From the NCBI GenBank assembly GCA_963703315.1, contig OY969811.1:4000001-4064000 (forward strand): a DNA stretch of 64,000 nt, in the 5' to 3' direction. Positions 38,508-49,496 of this stretch are shown here, in pieces. This stretch comes from an uncultured cyanobacterium (GTDB lineage Bacteria > Cyanobacteriota > Cyanobacteriia > Pseudanabaenales > Pseudanabaenaceae). The notes beneath the pieces are model-generated. The model did not search any database. It was given only the letters and a program-made list of their open reading frames with translations, and was not told the origin of the DNA. The stretch's first letter is position 1. Every line of letters starts with the position of its first letter. Both the position numbers and the translations under genes were made by a program.

Positions 38508-40867
38508 GGTGCAATTTTAGGATCGATGATTTTTTTGCCTTGCCCTGCGAAGGCTACGGCTAAATACATCTTGTCACCAGTACCTAATAAGTTCGAGACT
38601 TGACCTTCGCCAAACTTGTCGTGCATCACGCGATCGCCTACTTGCCAATTGACACTAGGACGAGGCTTAACCGCATTTGCCTTGACAGGGGCAACGGTTC
38701 GCAGAGATCCCTTGACACTAGTAGCTTCAGCACGTTGACTTGCTTTACTGATAAATTTATCGATACCATGTCCTGTTAAGTATTCCTTTGGTAATTCGGC
38801 TAGGAATTGGGAAGGAATCGCATATTCGCGGTTGCCATAGAGTCGGCGGGCTTGGGCATGACTCAGGAAGAGTTTCTCTTGAGCGCGAGTGATGCCCACA
38901 TACATGAGGCGACGTTCTTCTTCGAGAGCCATTGGATCATTAATGGAACGGAAACTAGGGAATAGTCCCTGCTCTAAACCAACAAGGAAGACTACAGGAA
39001 ATTCTAATCCTTTGGCAGCATGGAGCGTCATCAGGGTGACTTTCTCAGCATTCTCGCTACTGTCATCAAGACTAGAGGCAAGGGCAGCATTGGCTAAGAA
39101 TGCATCAAGGGAAGCATCTTCATTCTCTTCTGCAAACTGGACTGCTGCGTTATAGAGTTCTTGCAAGTTGGCAATGCGATCGTTGGCTTCATCATTACTC
39201 TGGGCCTTCAATTCATCAACATAGCCTGATTCCGCAAGAATGCCTTGAATGATGTCAGCCGCAGGAGTGACAGGTACTTTCTCTTGCCATTTTTGCATTA
39301 ATTCGACAAAGGAGAGAACACCCCGCGCCGATCGCCCTGCTAATGTTTTAACTGTAGTCTCATCGCTGATGATTTCCCAGATCGGGACGCTCAGTTCTTG
39401 GGCGGCTTGTTGGAGCTTATCGAGAGTAGCTTTGCCGATACTACGTTTAGGAACATTGATGATTCGCATCAAGCCGAGGGTGTCGGAGGGATTGGAAAGT
39501 AAGCGCAAATAGGAGAGAACATCTTTGATTTCTTTGCGATCGTAGAAACGTAAGCCGCCTACGACTTTGTAAGGAATATTCCAACGCACTAGCATTTCTT
39601 CAAAGGGACGAGACTGGGCGTTGGTGCGATAGAGGATTGCGAAATGTCCAAGATTGGCGCTAGGATTTTTCGATTTAACGCGGCGGATTTGTTCGATTAC
39701 AAATTGGGCTTCATCAACTTCATCATCGGCACGGAATAACTCAATCAAGTCACCATCGGGTCTAGTTGCTTTGAGGACTTTATCAATACGTTGGGAGTTG
39801 TGATCAATCAGTTGATTTGCGAGTTCCAGAATATTTGCGACAGAGCGATAGTTCTCTTCTAGCTTGATCATTGTGCCAGTGTGATCATCGGGTAGGCGAT
39901 CGCCAAAAGCCTCTTGAAACTCCATCAAAATGGTGAAGTCGGCAGAACGGAAGCTATAAATCGATTGATCTGCGTCACCAACCACAAAAATAGAACGATT
40001 TTCCCAAGTGGGTTTGACATCATTCGTGGCAAGCAAACGAATCAAATCGTACTGGGTGCGATTGGTATCTTGATATTCATCAACGAGAATATGCTTAAAG
40101 CGATCGTGCCAATAGTTGAGAACTTCAGGATTTTGCTGGAATAAACGGACTGGTAAAAAGATTAAATCATCAAAATCAAGGGCGTTATTGGTAGCTAGTT
40201 GATTTTGATAGAGATTGTAAACCTGTGCGATCGCCCGTTTGCGAAAGGGTGAATCATCACTTTGCTTTTCGTATTCTTCGGGAGTCCAGCCTTTGTTTTT
40301 AGCATTACCGATCGCAAAGCGGACTGATTTTGGTTCAAATTTCTTTTCATCAAGATTCAGTTGATTAATCACAATATCTTTAACCAAAGATTGCGCGTCC
40401 GAATCATCGAAAATCGAAAAGTTCTTTGCCCAGCTTCTACCATTGCTATCTTTGTACTTATCAATATCTAGCCGCAAAATCCGACAGCACATACTATGAA
40501 AAGTCCCCATCCATAGCCCATCTTGAGCAAAACTATTGATATAGCGCTTATAAACTTTTTTACGAAGTTTATCCTGTTCCCATTCCGCAATTTCGCTGAG
40601 AGCCTTACCTAATTCTCTTTGAGCAATTTCTTGAGTTAACAAAGATTGAATGCGTTCATTCATTTCTTTGCCAGCTTTATTTGTAAACGTCACCGCTAAG
40701 ATTTGCTCAGGCGCAACATCGTGATTGAGCATTAAGTTGGCGATGCGATAGGTCAATGTCCTTGTTTTTCCCGACCCCGCACCTGCAACCACTAGCATTG
40801 GTCCGTGAAGATGGCTGGCTGCTTTTTGTTGAGCAGGGTTGAGATGATGCAAAAAATTGGAACTCAT
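38492..40867 (-). CDS. pcrA: ATP-dependent DNA helicase PcrA/UvrD
   Basis: AGAGSGKTR, TFTNKA, VDEYQDTN, VGDADQSIY.FR, NYRS, TLHAAKGLEF and EERRL.YVGITRA motifs. Confidence 0.96.
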   Translation of the reverse strand: MSSNFLHHLNPAQQKAASHLHGPMLVVAGAGSGKTRTLTYRIANLMLNHDVAPEQILAVTFTNKAGKEMNERIQSLLTQEIAQRELGKALSEIAEWEQDKLRKKVYKRYINSFAQDGLWMGTFHSMCCRILRLDIDKYKDSNGRSWAKNFSIFDDSDAQSLVKDIVINQLNLDEKKFEPKSVRFAIGNAKNKGWTPEEYEKQSDDSPFRKRAIAQVYNLYQNQLATNNALDFDDLIFLPVRLFQQNPEVLNYWHDRFKHILVDEYQDTNRTQYDLIRLLATNDVKPTWENRSIFVVGDADQSIYSFRSADFTILMEFQEAFGDRLPDDHTGTMIKLEENYRSVANILELANQLIDHNSQRIDKVLKATRPDGDLIELFRADDEVDEAQFVIEQIRRVKSKNPSANLGHFAILYRTNAQSRPFEEMLVRWNIPYKVVGGLRFYDRKEIKDVLSYLRLLSNPSDTLGLMRIINVPKRSIGKATLDKLQQAAQELSVPIWEIISDETTVKTLAGRSARGVLSFVELMQKWQEKVPVTPAADIIQGILAESGYVDELKAQSNDEANDRIANLQELYNAAVQFAEENEDASLDAFLANAALASSLDDSSENAEKVTLMTLHAAKGLEFPVVFLVGLEQGLFPSFRSINDPMALEEERRLMYVGITRAQEKLFLSHAQARRLYGNREYAIPSQFLAELPKEYLTGHGIDKFISKASQRAEATSVKGSLRTVAPVKANAVKPRPSVNWQVGDRVMHDKFGEGQVSNLLGTGDKMYLAVAFAGQGKKIIDPKIAPIQKI

Positions 40868-40929
40868 GGGTGCAGGAGGGAGAAACTTAGGTAGACTCTA
40901 ATACAGTATGCCAAAAATACAGTACTAAC

Positions 40930-42381
40930 GTGGATATTTACTGCACACGCCCGAATTGTACCAAGCCATTAAATTCTTTTGCCGACCTTGATAGTGGCAA
41001 TACGCTCAAAACGATCGCTCAAAAATTCTGTACGGCTTGCGGGATGCCCTTGCTGCTAGGTGGACGCTATATCGTCGAAAGCCCGATCGCTCAAGGTGGT
41101 TTTGGCGCGACTTTCTTGGCTCGCGATCGCTATACGCCTGCAATGAAACGCTGTGTGGTAAAGCTGCTGCAACCAGTGGGGTTGACCAGTTCGCAGATGG
41201 TCATCGCTAAGCAAATGTTTGAGCGTGAGGCTACGGTTTTAGAAGATTTGGGTACACATCCACAAATTCCTGATTTACTTGCCTATTTTGAGGTGCAGTC
41301 GGGACAGGATGAATTTTTTTATTTGGTGCAAGAGTTTGTCGATGGCTTTACCCTAGAGCAAATTGTTGAGCAGCATGGGGCGATCGCTGAGGCAGATGTT
41401 TTAGAAATCATGCAAAGCCTGTTGCCTGTGTTGACATTTATTCACGAAAAAGGCTCGATCCATCGTGATATCAAACCTGCGAATATCATGGTACGCAAGT
41501 CGGATCAGTCCTATTTCCTATTAGATTTTGGCGCAGTTAAGCAAGTTGCAGGCGCAGCCCAAGGTCAGAAATCTACGGGCATTTTCACCCCCGGCTATGG
41601 CGCACCTGAGCAAATGCGCGGCGACACAGTGTTTCCTGCGACGGATCTCTATGCTTTTGCTGTCACTTGTCTCTTTTTGCTCACAGGCAAAGAGCCAGAC
41701 GAATTATTTGATGTAAGTTACAACAAATGGCAATGGGATCAGTTTGTGAAGCTCAGTCCTAGTTTTGATCAAGTTTTACATAAAATGTTAGAGACGGCTC
41801 CCAGCGATCGCTTTAATTCCGCAGCGAGTGTAATTCAAGCCCTTAGTTCTAAAATAGCGGTGACAGCACCACAAGCTCCGCCGCCAGCAAAATCAACACA
41901 TCAAACCAGTATCCAAGTACCGCCACCGATCGCTTCTCCCAACGCGATTAATGCGCCATCAGTACCAAAATTGCCACGTTCTAATAAAACCCCTTGGTTA
42001 CTATCAGCATCAATTCCCACTCAATTTATTGGTGCTTTTTTAATCGGTGTGGAAACCATGTTGCTATGGCAATTAGCTTCAACGGTGGGACTTGCCGCGA
42101 TCGGTACTCCAGCCAATTTCATCGCTCTTGCCGTTGTGTTACTGGGAATTCTGATGCTCAGACTCAGTGCGATTTTGGATAATAAAGATCTATTCGTATT
42201 TGTCAATTTATTGAGTGTAGCTGCAATCTGGGGAGTGCAAACCTTTGCCAAAATTCCGCAATTTCAAAGTTTCCCCAATTGGCTCGATGTTGCTCAATAT
42301 TGTGGAATTGCAGGATTTAGTGCGATCGCTTTGATGGCAGCTTTTCGCCTCATCTTCCAATTGCTCTATTCGTTGCTTTAA
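40930..42381 (+). CDS. Ser/Thr protein kinase with N-terminal 4-Cys motif and C-terminal TM region
   Basis: YCTRPNC..FCTACG; GGFG, VVK, HRDIKPAN, DFG and APE motifs. Confidence 0.93.
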   Translation: MDIYCTRPNCTKPLNSFADLDSGNTLKTIAQKFCTACGMPLLLGGRYIVESPIAQGGFGATFLARDRYTPAMKRCVVKLLQPVGLTSSQMVIAKQMFEREATVLEDLGTHPQIPDLLAYFEVQSGQDEFFYLVQEFVDGFTLEQIVEQHGAIAEADVLEIMQSLLPVLTFIHEKGSIHRDIKPANIMVRKSDQSYFLLDFGAVKQVAGAAQGQKSTGIFTPGYGAPEQMRGDTVFPATDLYAFAVTCLFLLTGKEPDELFDVSYNKWQWDQFVKLSPSFDQVLHKMLETAPSDRFNSAASVIQALSSKIAVTAPQAPPPAKSTHQTSIQVPPPIASPNAINAPSVPKLPRSNKTPWLLSASIPTQFIGAFLIGVETMLLWQLASTVGLAAIGTPANFIALAVVLLGILMLRLSAILDNKDLFVFVNLLSVAAIWGVQTFAKIPQFQSFPNWLDVAQYCGIAGFSAIALMAAFRLIFQLLYSLL

Positions 42382-42472
42382 TCAGTCCATCCTTCGCTAG
42401 GATGTGTGGTTAGCCGCACATCCTGTTGTTCATGATAAAATTGGATAACGGCTCAAGATTTGCTAAGTAATT

Positions 42473-43048
42473 ATGAACGCTTTAACTATCAGCCTAGATT
42501 CTGTAATCGATCTCACCGATGAGCAGTTTTTCCAACTCTGCCGCAAAAATAGCGACCTTAGATTCGAGCGCAATGCTCAAGGAGATATCACGATTATGGC
42601 TCCCGCAGGTAGTGAAACAAGCGCCCGCAACTCTGATTTAAACGCTGATCTCGTATTTTGGAATCGACGCACAAAGTTAGGTATTGTCTTTGACTCTTCA
42701 GGTGGATTTAAACTTCCTAATGGTAGCGATCGCTCTCCTGATGCTTCGTGGATTTTAAGGTCACGTTGGGAAGCTTTAACGCCAGAACAACAGTCTAGAT
42801 TTGCACCAATTTGTCCCGATTTTGTAATTGAGTTGATGTCGCCTAGCGATAGCCTGAAGGTCACACAGGCAAAGATGCAGGAATATCAAGATAATGGTGC
42901 AAGGCTAGGCTGGCTGATTAATCGCCAAGATCGAGAAGTTGAGATTTATCGCATTGGCAAGCCTAAAGAAGTTTTACAAAATCCAAGTTCTCTCTCTGGT
43001 GAAGATGTCTTACCTGAGTTTGTTTTAAGCCTTGAAGAGATTTGGTAA
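42473..43048 (+). CDS. Uma2-family endonuclease
   Basis: FDSSGGFKLPNG..RSPDASW, PICPDFVIELMSPSD, KMQEY..NG.RLGWLI. Confidence 0.92.
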   Translation: MNALTISLDSVIDLTDEQFFQLCRKNSDLRFERNAQGDITIMAPAGSETSARNSDLNADLVFWNRRTKLGIVFDSSGGFKLPNGSDRSPDASWILRSRWEALTPEQQSRFAPICPDFVIELMSPSDSLKVTQAKMQEYQDNGARLGWLINRQDREVEIYRIGKPKEVLQNPSSLSGEDVLPEFVLSLEEIW

Positions 43049-43061
43049 CATCGCAATAGAA

Positions 43062-44555
43062 TTAAAAACGTTCCACTAACTTATACTTAGCATCATGATT
43101 AGGCTTAGCACCTTCACCACAAGTACGCGGAGTTGGCAAAATCTTGGTCGGATTGGCAATTCCTTGCGGATCAAACGCATCACGTACCCATCGCATCGTT
43201 TCCAAATCTGACTCGCTAAACATCTCTGGCATATAGCACTTCTTATCTGCACCAATGCCATGCTCACCCGAAATACTGCCCCCAACCCGCACACAAAGCT
43301 TCAGAATCTCGCCACCCAGTTCTTCGACAGTTTCTAAAGCACCAGCTTCCGCGTTGTTATACAAAATTAATGGATGCAAATTTCCATCTCCCGCATGGAA
43401 CACATTGGCAACATGATAGCCATACTTCTCGCTGAGCTTGGCAATCTCTTGCAATACATGAGTTAACTTCGTGCGCGGAATCACTCCATCCTGTACATAA
43501 TAGTCAGGGCTGAGGCGACCCATTGCCGCAAAAGCTGCCTTCCTGCCTTTCCAGAGTCGCAATCGTTGTTCAGGATCACTAGCAGAAGTGACATTTCTAG
43601 CACCATTTTTATAACAAATTGCTTCTACCCGTTTAGCATTTTCGAGGACTTCACTTTCTAAACCATCAATTTCAATCAACAGAATTGAAGCAGCATCACG
43701 AGGATAGCAATTGGTGGCAACTGTATCTTCCACAGCATTGATGCTCATATTGTCCATGATTTCCATGCCCCCAGGAATGATGCCTGCGCTGATCACATCA
43801 GAGACCGTCGAACCTGCGGCTTCCACTGTGGTGAAATCAGCGAGAAGCACTTGAATCGACTCTGCCGATTTTAAGATTTTGAGCGTTACTTCCGTCGCAA
43901 TACCGAGCGTTCCTTCTGAACCTACAAAAATACCCGTGAGGTCATAGGCTGGCATTTCAGGTATTTTGCCGCCGATTTCTTGGATAGATCCATCGGGTAG
44001 GACGATCTTGGCTCCAAGTACGTGATTGGTGGTGACTCCATACTTTAAGCAATGCACTCCCCCTGAGTTTTCGGCAACGTTGCCACCAATGGAGCAGATG
44101 ATTTGACTCGATGGGTCGGGAGCGTAATAGAATCCTGCACCGCTTACAGCTTGAGTTACCCAGTTATTAATCACCCCTGGTTGCACGACTACGCGCTGAT
44201 TTTCTAAGTCAACCTCTAAAATCTTTCTCATCCGTGAGGTGACGATCAACACTGAGTCAGGTAATGGTAATGCGCCGCCCGATAGTCCTGTGCCTGAGCC
44301 TCTAGCCACAAAGGGAAGTTGATAGCGATCGCAGACCTTGACAACGGCGGATACTTCCTCGGTGGTGAGTGGCAGGACAACGATCGCAGGTTGTTGTTTA
44401 TAACTGGTCAGTCCATCGCATTCGTAGGCAAGCAATTCTTCGCGAGTGCGGACAACATAGCGATCTCCGACAATCGCAATAAAGGCATTGGCGATCGCTT
44501 GCCAGTCAAATGTTGGTGATGAAGATGTATGAAAATTAGTGGCGATCGCGGTCAT
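43062..44555 (-). CDS. glcD: Glycolate oxidase/dehydrogenase FAD-linked subunit GlcD
   Basis: RGSGTGLSGG, PDPSSQ..CSIGGNVAEN.GG.HCLKYG, HAGDGNLHP and GEHGIG motifs. Confidence 0.93.
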   Translation of the reverse strand: MTAIATNFHTSSSPTFDWQAIANAFIAIVGDRYVVRTREELLAYECDGLTSYKQQPAIVVLPLTTEEVSAVVKVCDRYQLPFVARGSGTGLSGGALPLPDSVLIVTSRMRKILEVDLENQRVVVQPGVINNWVTQAVSGAGFYYAPDPSSQIICSIGGNVAENSGGVHCLKYGVTTNHVLGAKIVLPDGSIQEIGGKIPEMPAYDLTGIFVGSEGTLGIATEVTLKILKSAESIQVLLADFTTVEAAGSTVSDVISAGIIPGGMEIMDNMSINAVEDTVATNCYPRDAASILLIEIDGLESEVLENAKRVEAICYKNGARNVTSASDPEQRLRLWKGRKAAFAAMGRLSPDYYVQDGVIPRTKLTHVLQEIAKLSEKYGYHVANVFHAGDGNLHPLILYNNAEAGALETVEELGGEILKLCVRVGGSISGEHGIGADKKCYMPEMFSESDLETMRWVRDAFDPQGIANPTKILPTPRTCGEGAKPNHDAKYKLVERF

Positions 44556-44829
44556 GTTGCAAGGTCAAAGTAACAACTAAGATTGATCCTACATCGCTTT
44601 GTCCATAACCCAAAGGAGATTTGTTGCTTGGTGGCGTATAAATTTATCTGTTTTTTGTCATGGCTTGTCTACAATTCTCATTAACTTTTAAACTAAGGCG
44701 ATCGCTGAAAACCTATAGATAGCAATCATCAACGCCTCTAGATTTCCACATCTCCTCAAGAAAGCTGTAAATAAGTAAAGGATGGTTACTAGCTATACTA
44801 ATTGATTGCAGGGATTATGAGTAAAAGTC

Positions 44830-47800
44830 GTGGTTAGCCAAACACAGCAAGCAAATACAGGTTTTGATAGTTCTCTGGATGTCTCAAAGTATGAAGCGAA
44901 GACACAGGAAATTGCGAAGAAAATTTTAAGTGGAACCGAAAAAAGTTCTCTTTGGGCAAAACTATCGCAACTTAAGGATGAATTGCGCCTTGATGACAAG
45001 CTGATGGCTTGGACAATGGAAAATGAAGGCTTGCGAATTCAACTATTCAGATTAATTGATTGCTTGCCCGCTTTGCAGAGCAAAGCCGAAATCGCTAGCC
45101 ATATGCACGAATATTTGGCTAGTAATGCGGTGGATGTGCCAGCATTGCGTGGACTGCTCAATTTTAGTACCGACAATCCCAATTCCCTAACCGCAACGGC
45201 GGCAGCAACGGCGCTCTCGACTTCTGTCGCTACTCTCGCCAAGCGTTATATTTGTGGTGAGAACCTATCAGAAGCGACAAAATCCATTGAGAAACTTAGG
45301 CGCGATCGCTTTGGCTTTACGATGGACTTACTCGGTGAGGCGGTGATTAGCGAGGTAGAAGCAGGTGAATATCTCAATCGCTACATTGCAATGATGGAGG
45401 ATTTGTCTGGTAAAGCAAAGGCTTGGGGCTTAATCGATCAAATCGATAAAGCAGACGGTGAGGAATTGAAGCGGGTTCAGGTTTCCGTGAAATTGAGTGC
45501 TTTCTATTCTCAATTCGATCCTCTCGATCCTGTAAAAACGACAGAGAAAGTCAGCGAACCTGCACGGATTTTATTGCGTAAGGCGAAAGAATTAGGATGT
45601 GGCATCCATTTCGATATGGAGCAGTATGAGTTTAAGTCGCTCACATTACAGATTCTCAAACAAGTTTTAATAGAATCAGAATTTCGCGATCGCACTGACG
45701 TGGGAATTACGCTGCAAGGCTATTTGCGCGATAGTGAGCAGGATTTATTAGAACTAGTCGAATGGGCAAAGCAACGCGGTAAGCCTGTGACTGTGCGTCT
45801 CGTCAAAGGAGCCTATTGGGATCGGGAAACAATTCGTTCCTATCAGCAGGGTTGGGCTATTCCTGTATTCTCTGATAAAGTTTCCACCGATGCCAACTAT
45901 GAGCGCTTGATTCAGATTCTACTGGAAAACCATCAATATCTCTATGCGGCGATCGGTAGTCATAACGCGAGATCTTTAGCTAAGGCGATCGCCATCGTCC
46001 AAACTCTAAATATCCCCAGTCGCGCCTTTGAAGCCCAATGTCTCTATGGTATGGGTGACAAATTTGCCAAGGCGATCGCCGATATGGGGTATCGAGTGCG
46101 CGTGTACTGCCCCTTTGGTGATTTGATTCCTGGAATGTCTTACCTGATTCGCCGCCTGTTAGAGAATACCGCCAATAGTTCCTTTTTGAGAATTAGTGGC
46201 GAAGGTAGCGATATTAGTAAATTAATTGCTGCGCCTGTGATGACGGAACGGGATGCGAATTACAATGGCGCACCTGCTCTGAATATTTTTGATGGCTTTG
46301 TCAATTCTAGCGATCGCGACTATGCGATTAATGAAGAGAGAGAAGCCGCCCAAACTGCTTTACAACAGGTTCGCCGCCAACTTGGGAAAACCTATTTGCC
46401 AATCATCAATGGTCAAGCGGTAGAAACAGAAACCTATATCGAATCTGTTAATCCTGCCAACTCTTCGCAAGTAGTCGGCAAGATCGGGCTAGCCAGCATT
46501 GACCAAGCCGAAGCAGCCGTGAAGTCAGCAAAATCTGCCTTTGCATCATGGAAGAAACTCAGCGCTAAACAACGGGGTGATATTCTCCGCAAAGCTGCTG
46601 ACATCATGGAAGAGAAGCGCGAAGAATTAATTGCGTGGATTTGCTGGGAAGTTGCTAAACCGATCCGTGAAGGTGATGGCGAAGTTTCCGAAGCGATCGA
46701 TTTCTGCCGTTACTATGCCAAAGAAATGGAACGCCTTGAATCGGGTGTACAGCGCAATCTGCCGGGGGAAGACAATACTTACATCTATCAACCTCGCGGC
46801 GTAGTTGTGGTGATTTCGCCTTGGAACTTTCCCTTTGCGATCGCCTTGGGTATGAGTGTCGCTGCGATCGCCGCAGGTAACACCGTCATTCTCAAACCCG
46901 CCGAACAGTCCTCGGTAATTGGTGCAAAAATCGCTGAAGTTCTCCAAGCCGCAGGGTTACCCACAGGCGTATTCACCTATCTTCCTGCGAAAGGCTCGAC
47001 CGTTGGTTCACACTTAGTCAAACATCCCGATGTGCATCTGATTGCTTTCACAGGTTCTCAACAAGTCGGCTGCCAGATCGTCACCGAAGCCTCGATCCTG
47101 CGTCCTAAGCAAAAACACATGAAGCGCGTCATTGCGGAAATGGGCGGCAAAAATGGCATCATCATCGATGAGAGCGCTGACCTCGATCAAGCCGTCGTGG
47201 GCGTAATGAATTCTGCCTTTGGTTTCGCTGGTCAGAAATGTTCCGCTTGTTCGAGAGCGATCGTTCTTGCTCCTGTTTATGACAACTTCATGGAGCGATT
47301 GGTGGAAGCCACACGTTCCCTCATTGTCGGTGAAGCTCACCTTCCTGACACCAAACTCAGCGCTGTGATTGATGCTGCGGCTCAACGGAATATCCAGAAC
47401 TACATCGCTAAAGGTAAGGAAACTGCGACATTAGCCTATGAAGGAGAAGTTCCTAATCATGGTTTTTATGTCAGTCCCACTATTTTTGGTGATGTCGATC
47501 CTAATAGTGCGATCGCCCAAGAGGAAATTTTTGGACCTGTACTGGCGGTAATCAAGGCACAGAGTTTTGATGAGGCATTGGCGATCGCGAATGGTACAAA
47601 CTTCGCACTTACGGGCGGTTTATATTCGCGCACTCCTTCCCATATCGAACGCGCCTACCGCGAGTTTGAAGTGGGCAATCTCTACATCAATCGCGGCATC
47701 ACTGGCGCATTGGTAGATCGCCATCCCTTTGGTGGTTTCAAACTAAGCGGTATCGGTTCCAAAGCTGGCGGACGCGATTATCTATTGCAGTTCTTAGAGC

Positions 47801-47862
47801 CAAGGTCAATCACCGAAAACACACAGCGTCAAGGTTTTGCGCCTCTTGATGGGATTGAGTAA
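44830..47862 (+). CDS. putA: Bifunctional proline dehydrogenase / P5C dehydrogenase
   Basis: DLLGE, VRLVKGAYWD and YLIRRLLEN (PRODH); ISPWNFP, FTGS, EMGGKN, GQKCSA and EEIFGP (ALDH). Confidence 0.95.
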   Translation: MVSQTQQANTGFDSSLDVSKYEAKTQEIAKKILSGTEKSSLWAKLSQLKDELRLDDKLMAWTMENEGLRIQLFRLIDCLPALQSKAEIASHMHEYLASNAVDVPALRGLLNFSTDNPNSLTATAAATALSTSVATLAKRYICGENLSEATKSIEKLRRDRFGFTMDLLGEAVISEVEAGEYLNRYIAMMEDLSGKAKAWGLIDQIDKADGEELKRVQVSVKLSAFYSQFDPLDPVKTTEKVSEPARILLRKAKELGCGIHFDMEQYEFKSLTLQILKQVLIESEFRDRTDVGITLQGYLRDSEQDLLELVEWAKQRGKPVTVRLVKGAYWDRETIRSYQQGWAIPVFSDKVSTDANYERLIQILLENHQYLYAAIGSHNARSLAKAIAIVQTLNIPSRAFEAQCLYGMGDKFAKAIADMGYRVRVYCPFGDLIPGMSYLIRRLLENTANSSFLRISGEGSDISKLIAAPVMTERDANYNGAPALNIFDGFVNSSDRDYAINEEREAAQTALQQVRRQLGKTYLPIINGQAVETETYIESVNPANSSQVVGKIGLASIDQAEAAVKSAKSAFASWKKLSAKQRGDILRKAADIMEEKREELIAWICWEVAKPIREGDGEVSEAIDFCRYYAKEMERLESGVQRNLPGEDNTYIYQPRGVVVVISPWNFPFAIALGMSVAAIAAGNTVILKPAEQSSVIGAKIAEVLQAAGLPTGVFTYLPAKGSTVGSHLVKHPDVHLIAFTGSQQVGCQIVTEASILRPKQKHMKRVIAEMGGKNGIIIDESADLDQAVVGVMNSAFGFAGQKCSACSRAIVLAPVYDNFMERLVEATRSLIVGEAHLPDTKLSAVIDAAAQRNIQNYIAKGKETATLAYEGEVPNHGFYVSPTIFGDVDPNSAIAQEEIFGPVLAVIKAQSFDEALAIANGTNFALTGGLYSRTPSHIERAYREFEVGNLYINRGITGALVDRHPFGGFKLSGIGSKAGGRDYLLQFLEPRSITENTQRQGFAPLDGIE

Positions 47863-47863
47863 A

Positions 47864-47898
47864 CATAAAAAAGGGGGCTATATGCCCCTTCTTTTATG
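47864..47898 (+). terminator. Intrinsic terminator after putA
   Basis: GC-rich stem ggggc-tatat-gcccc followed by a T-rich tail. Confidence 0.6.
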
Positions 47899-47956
47899 TG
47901 ATACTTTAGTAAGTATATTTACTTTCTACATTCTGCACAACATTGTTTTTTTTCAT

Positions 47957-48736
47957 ATGCCATATCCTACTCAATCCGAGACAGAAGAAGCACTAATTAG
48001 TTTGATATATTTCCATGGCGGCTCAGATTTTAGTATTAAATGTTCAGATACATATCGACCATTAGCCAACTATTTTCAATTGACTGAAAAGGAAAGACAA
48101 ATACTTAGGACATCTGAAGGAAATGAAAGGAAACGCAAATGGGACAGTATAGTGTGCTTTGCTAGAAGAAAACTTAAAGACTCTGGCTATCTTTCTTCTA
48201 ATTCCTCAAGAAGCATTTGGCAATTATCAAGTTCAGGCATTACTGCTGCTGAAAAGGTTTCGCTCAATTATAAGGAATTACAAAATGGTTTAAATACAAA
48301 TAGGTCAAAACAAATAATAGTTGAACCTAAATTACCTGATCAACTTCAACCTAGTTCTTCATCAGAGCCTGCTCAAAATACCTTTTCTGTAACTGAAGGT
48401 AGGGAAAAGCTGGCTATTCACAAGGAGCGTGAACGTAATCGTAAAATTATTGAGCAGAAGAAAAAAAGGATTTTAAGTGAAACAGGGAAATTAATTTGTG
48501 AGGTATGTGAATTTGATTTTGAAAGTCGATATGGTGATTTGGGAAATGGGTTCTGTGAGGTTCATCATAAAAATCCTCTAGCTAAAGTTGACAACGAAAC
48601 TCAAACAAGTTTGGAAGACTTGGCTATTGTATGCGCTAACTGTCATAGAATGATTCATCACAGTCAATGCATTCAACCTACTATGATGAGTATTGAGCAG
48701 CTTAAAAGCTTAATAGAAAATAAAAAAGTAGCTTAG
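47957..48736 (+). CDS. Winged-helix (Mrr-N-like) + HNH endonuclease, possible modification-dependent restriction enzyme
   Basis: W...V.FARR.L...GYL....R.IWQLS..G N-domain; CEVC..F...YG..G..F.EVHH..P...DL..VCANCHRMIH. ATG at 47957 preferred over the TTG at 47837. Confidence 0.82.
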   Translation: MPYPTQSETEEALISLIYFHGGSDFSIKCSDTYRPLANYFQLTEKERQILRTSEGNERKRKWDSIVCFARRKLKDSGYLSSNSSRSIWQLSSSGITAAEKVSLNYKELQNGLNTNRSKQIIVEPKLPDQLQPSSSSEPAQNTFSVTEGREKLAIHKERERNRKIIEQKKKRILSETGKLICEVCEFDFESRYGDLGNGFCEVHHKNPLAKVDNETQTSLEDLAIVCANCHRMIHHSQCIQPTMMSIEQLKSLIENKKVA

Positions 48737-48870
48737 GCAATGCATTAAGGATCACAAATAAACTTAACATTAACCTCAATCTTTCTATTAAAGACCAATC
48801 TAGTAAGGACAAGAAGCCCGTTGTTCTTTGGGATATACTTGATAAATGCTGTATCGCATCGCCTAAACCT

Positions 48871-49329
48871 ATGCCCCAGACTATTGAGCAAAAATCCACG
48901 CTATACGATCGCGATCTTAATTTGTGGTTAGAAGAGGCGATCGCAAAATTAAAAACTGGTGATTTTCAAAATCTAGATGTCGAAAACTTAATTGAGGAGT
49001 TAGAGGGTTTGGCGGGTAGAGATCGGCGCGAATTAGAGTCACGTTTGACTAGATTGATTGAACATATCCTCAAGCGTTGTTATGTCAACCTACCTGAATG
49101 TTATCGAGGTTGGGAGTTAACAATCATCGGACAAAGAAACGAGATTAAAAAAATCATTAAACAGTCTCCTAGCCTAAAACGCCACATAATCTCAGTGTTT
49201 GATGAATTGTTTAATGACGCACTAGAAATCGTACAAACAGAATATGAAAATACGATTTTTCCTGAGACATGGCAATTTACCTATGAGATTCACTTGCTGT
49301 TAAATACTAATTTTTGGAAAAAATCTTAA
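48871..49329 (+). CDS. DUF29-family protein
   Basis: LYDRD..LW......LK...F..LD.ENLIEELE.L....RREL.SRL..L..H.LK..W..TI..QR..I.....SPSL. Confidence 0.92.
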   Translation: MPQTIEQKSTLYDRDLNLWLEEAIAKLKTGDFQNLDVENLIEELEGLAGRDRRELESRLTRLIEHILKRCYVNLPECYRGWELTIIGQRNEIKKIIKQSPSLKRHIISVFDELFNDALEIVQTEYENTIFPETWQFTYEIHLLLNTNFWKKS

Positions 49330-49496
49330 ACCTTGATGGATGATGTATCGCATCGCCTAAACCTATGCCCCAGACTATCGAGCAAAAAACAGGGCTATAC
49401 GATCGCGATCGCAATTTGTGGTTAGAAGAGGCGATCACCAAAAAAGCACTAAACTTAAATTTTAAAAAAAGCATTTGGAAAACTATTGATATTTGC

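Noticed and set aside
47837..47956. Extended N-terminus of the HNH ORF
   Set aside because: It overlaps the putA end and its terminator; the ATG at 47957 is more plausible.
49365..49496. N-terminal 44 codons of the ORF-track restriction enzyme
   Set aside because: They are a DUF29 leader copy plus an AT-rich linker; the likely native start is 49497.
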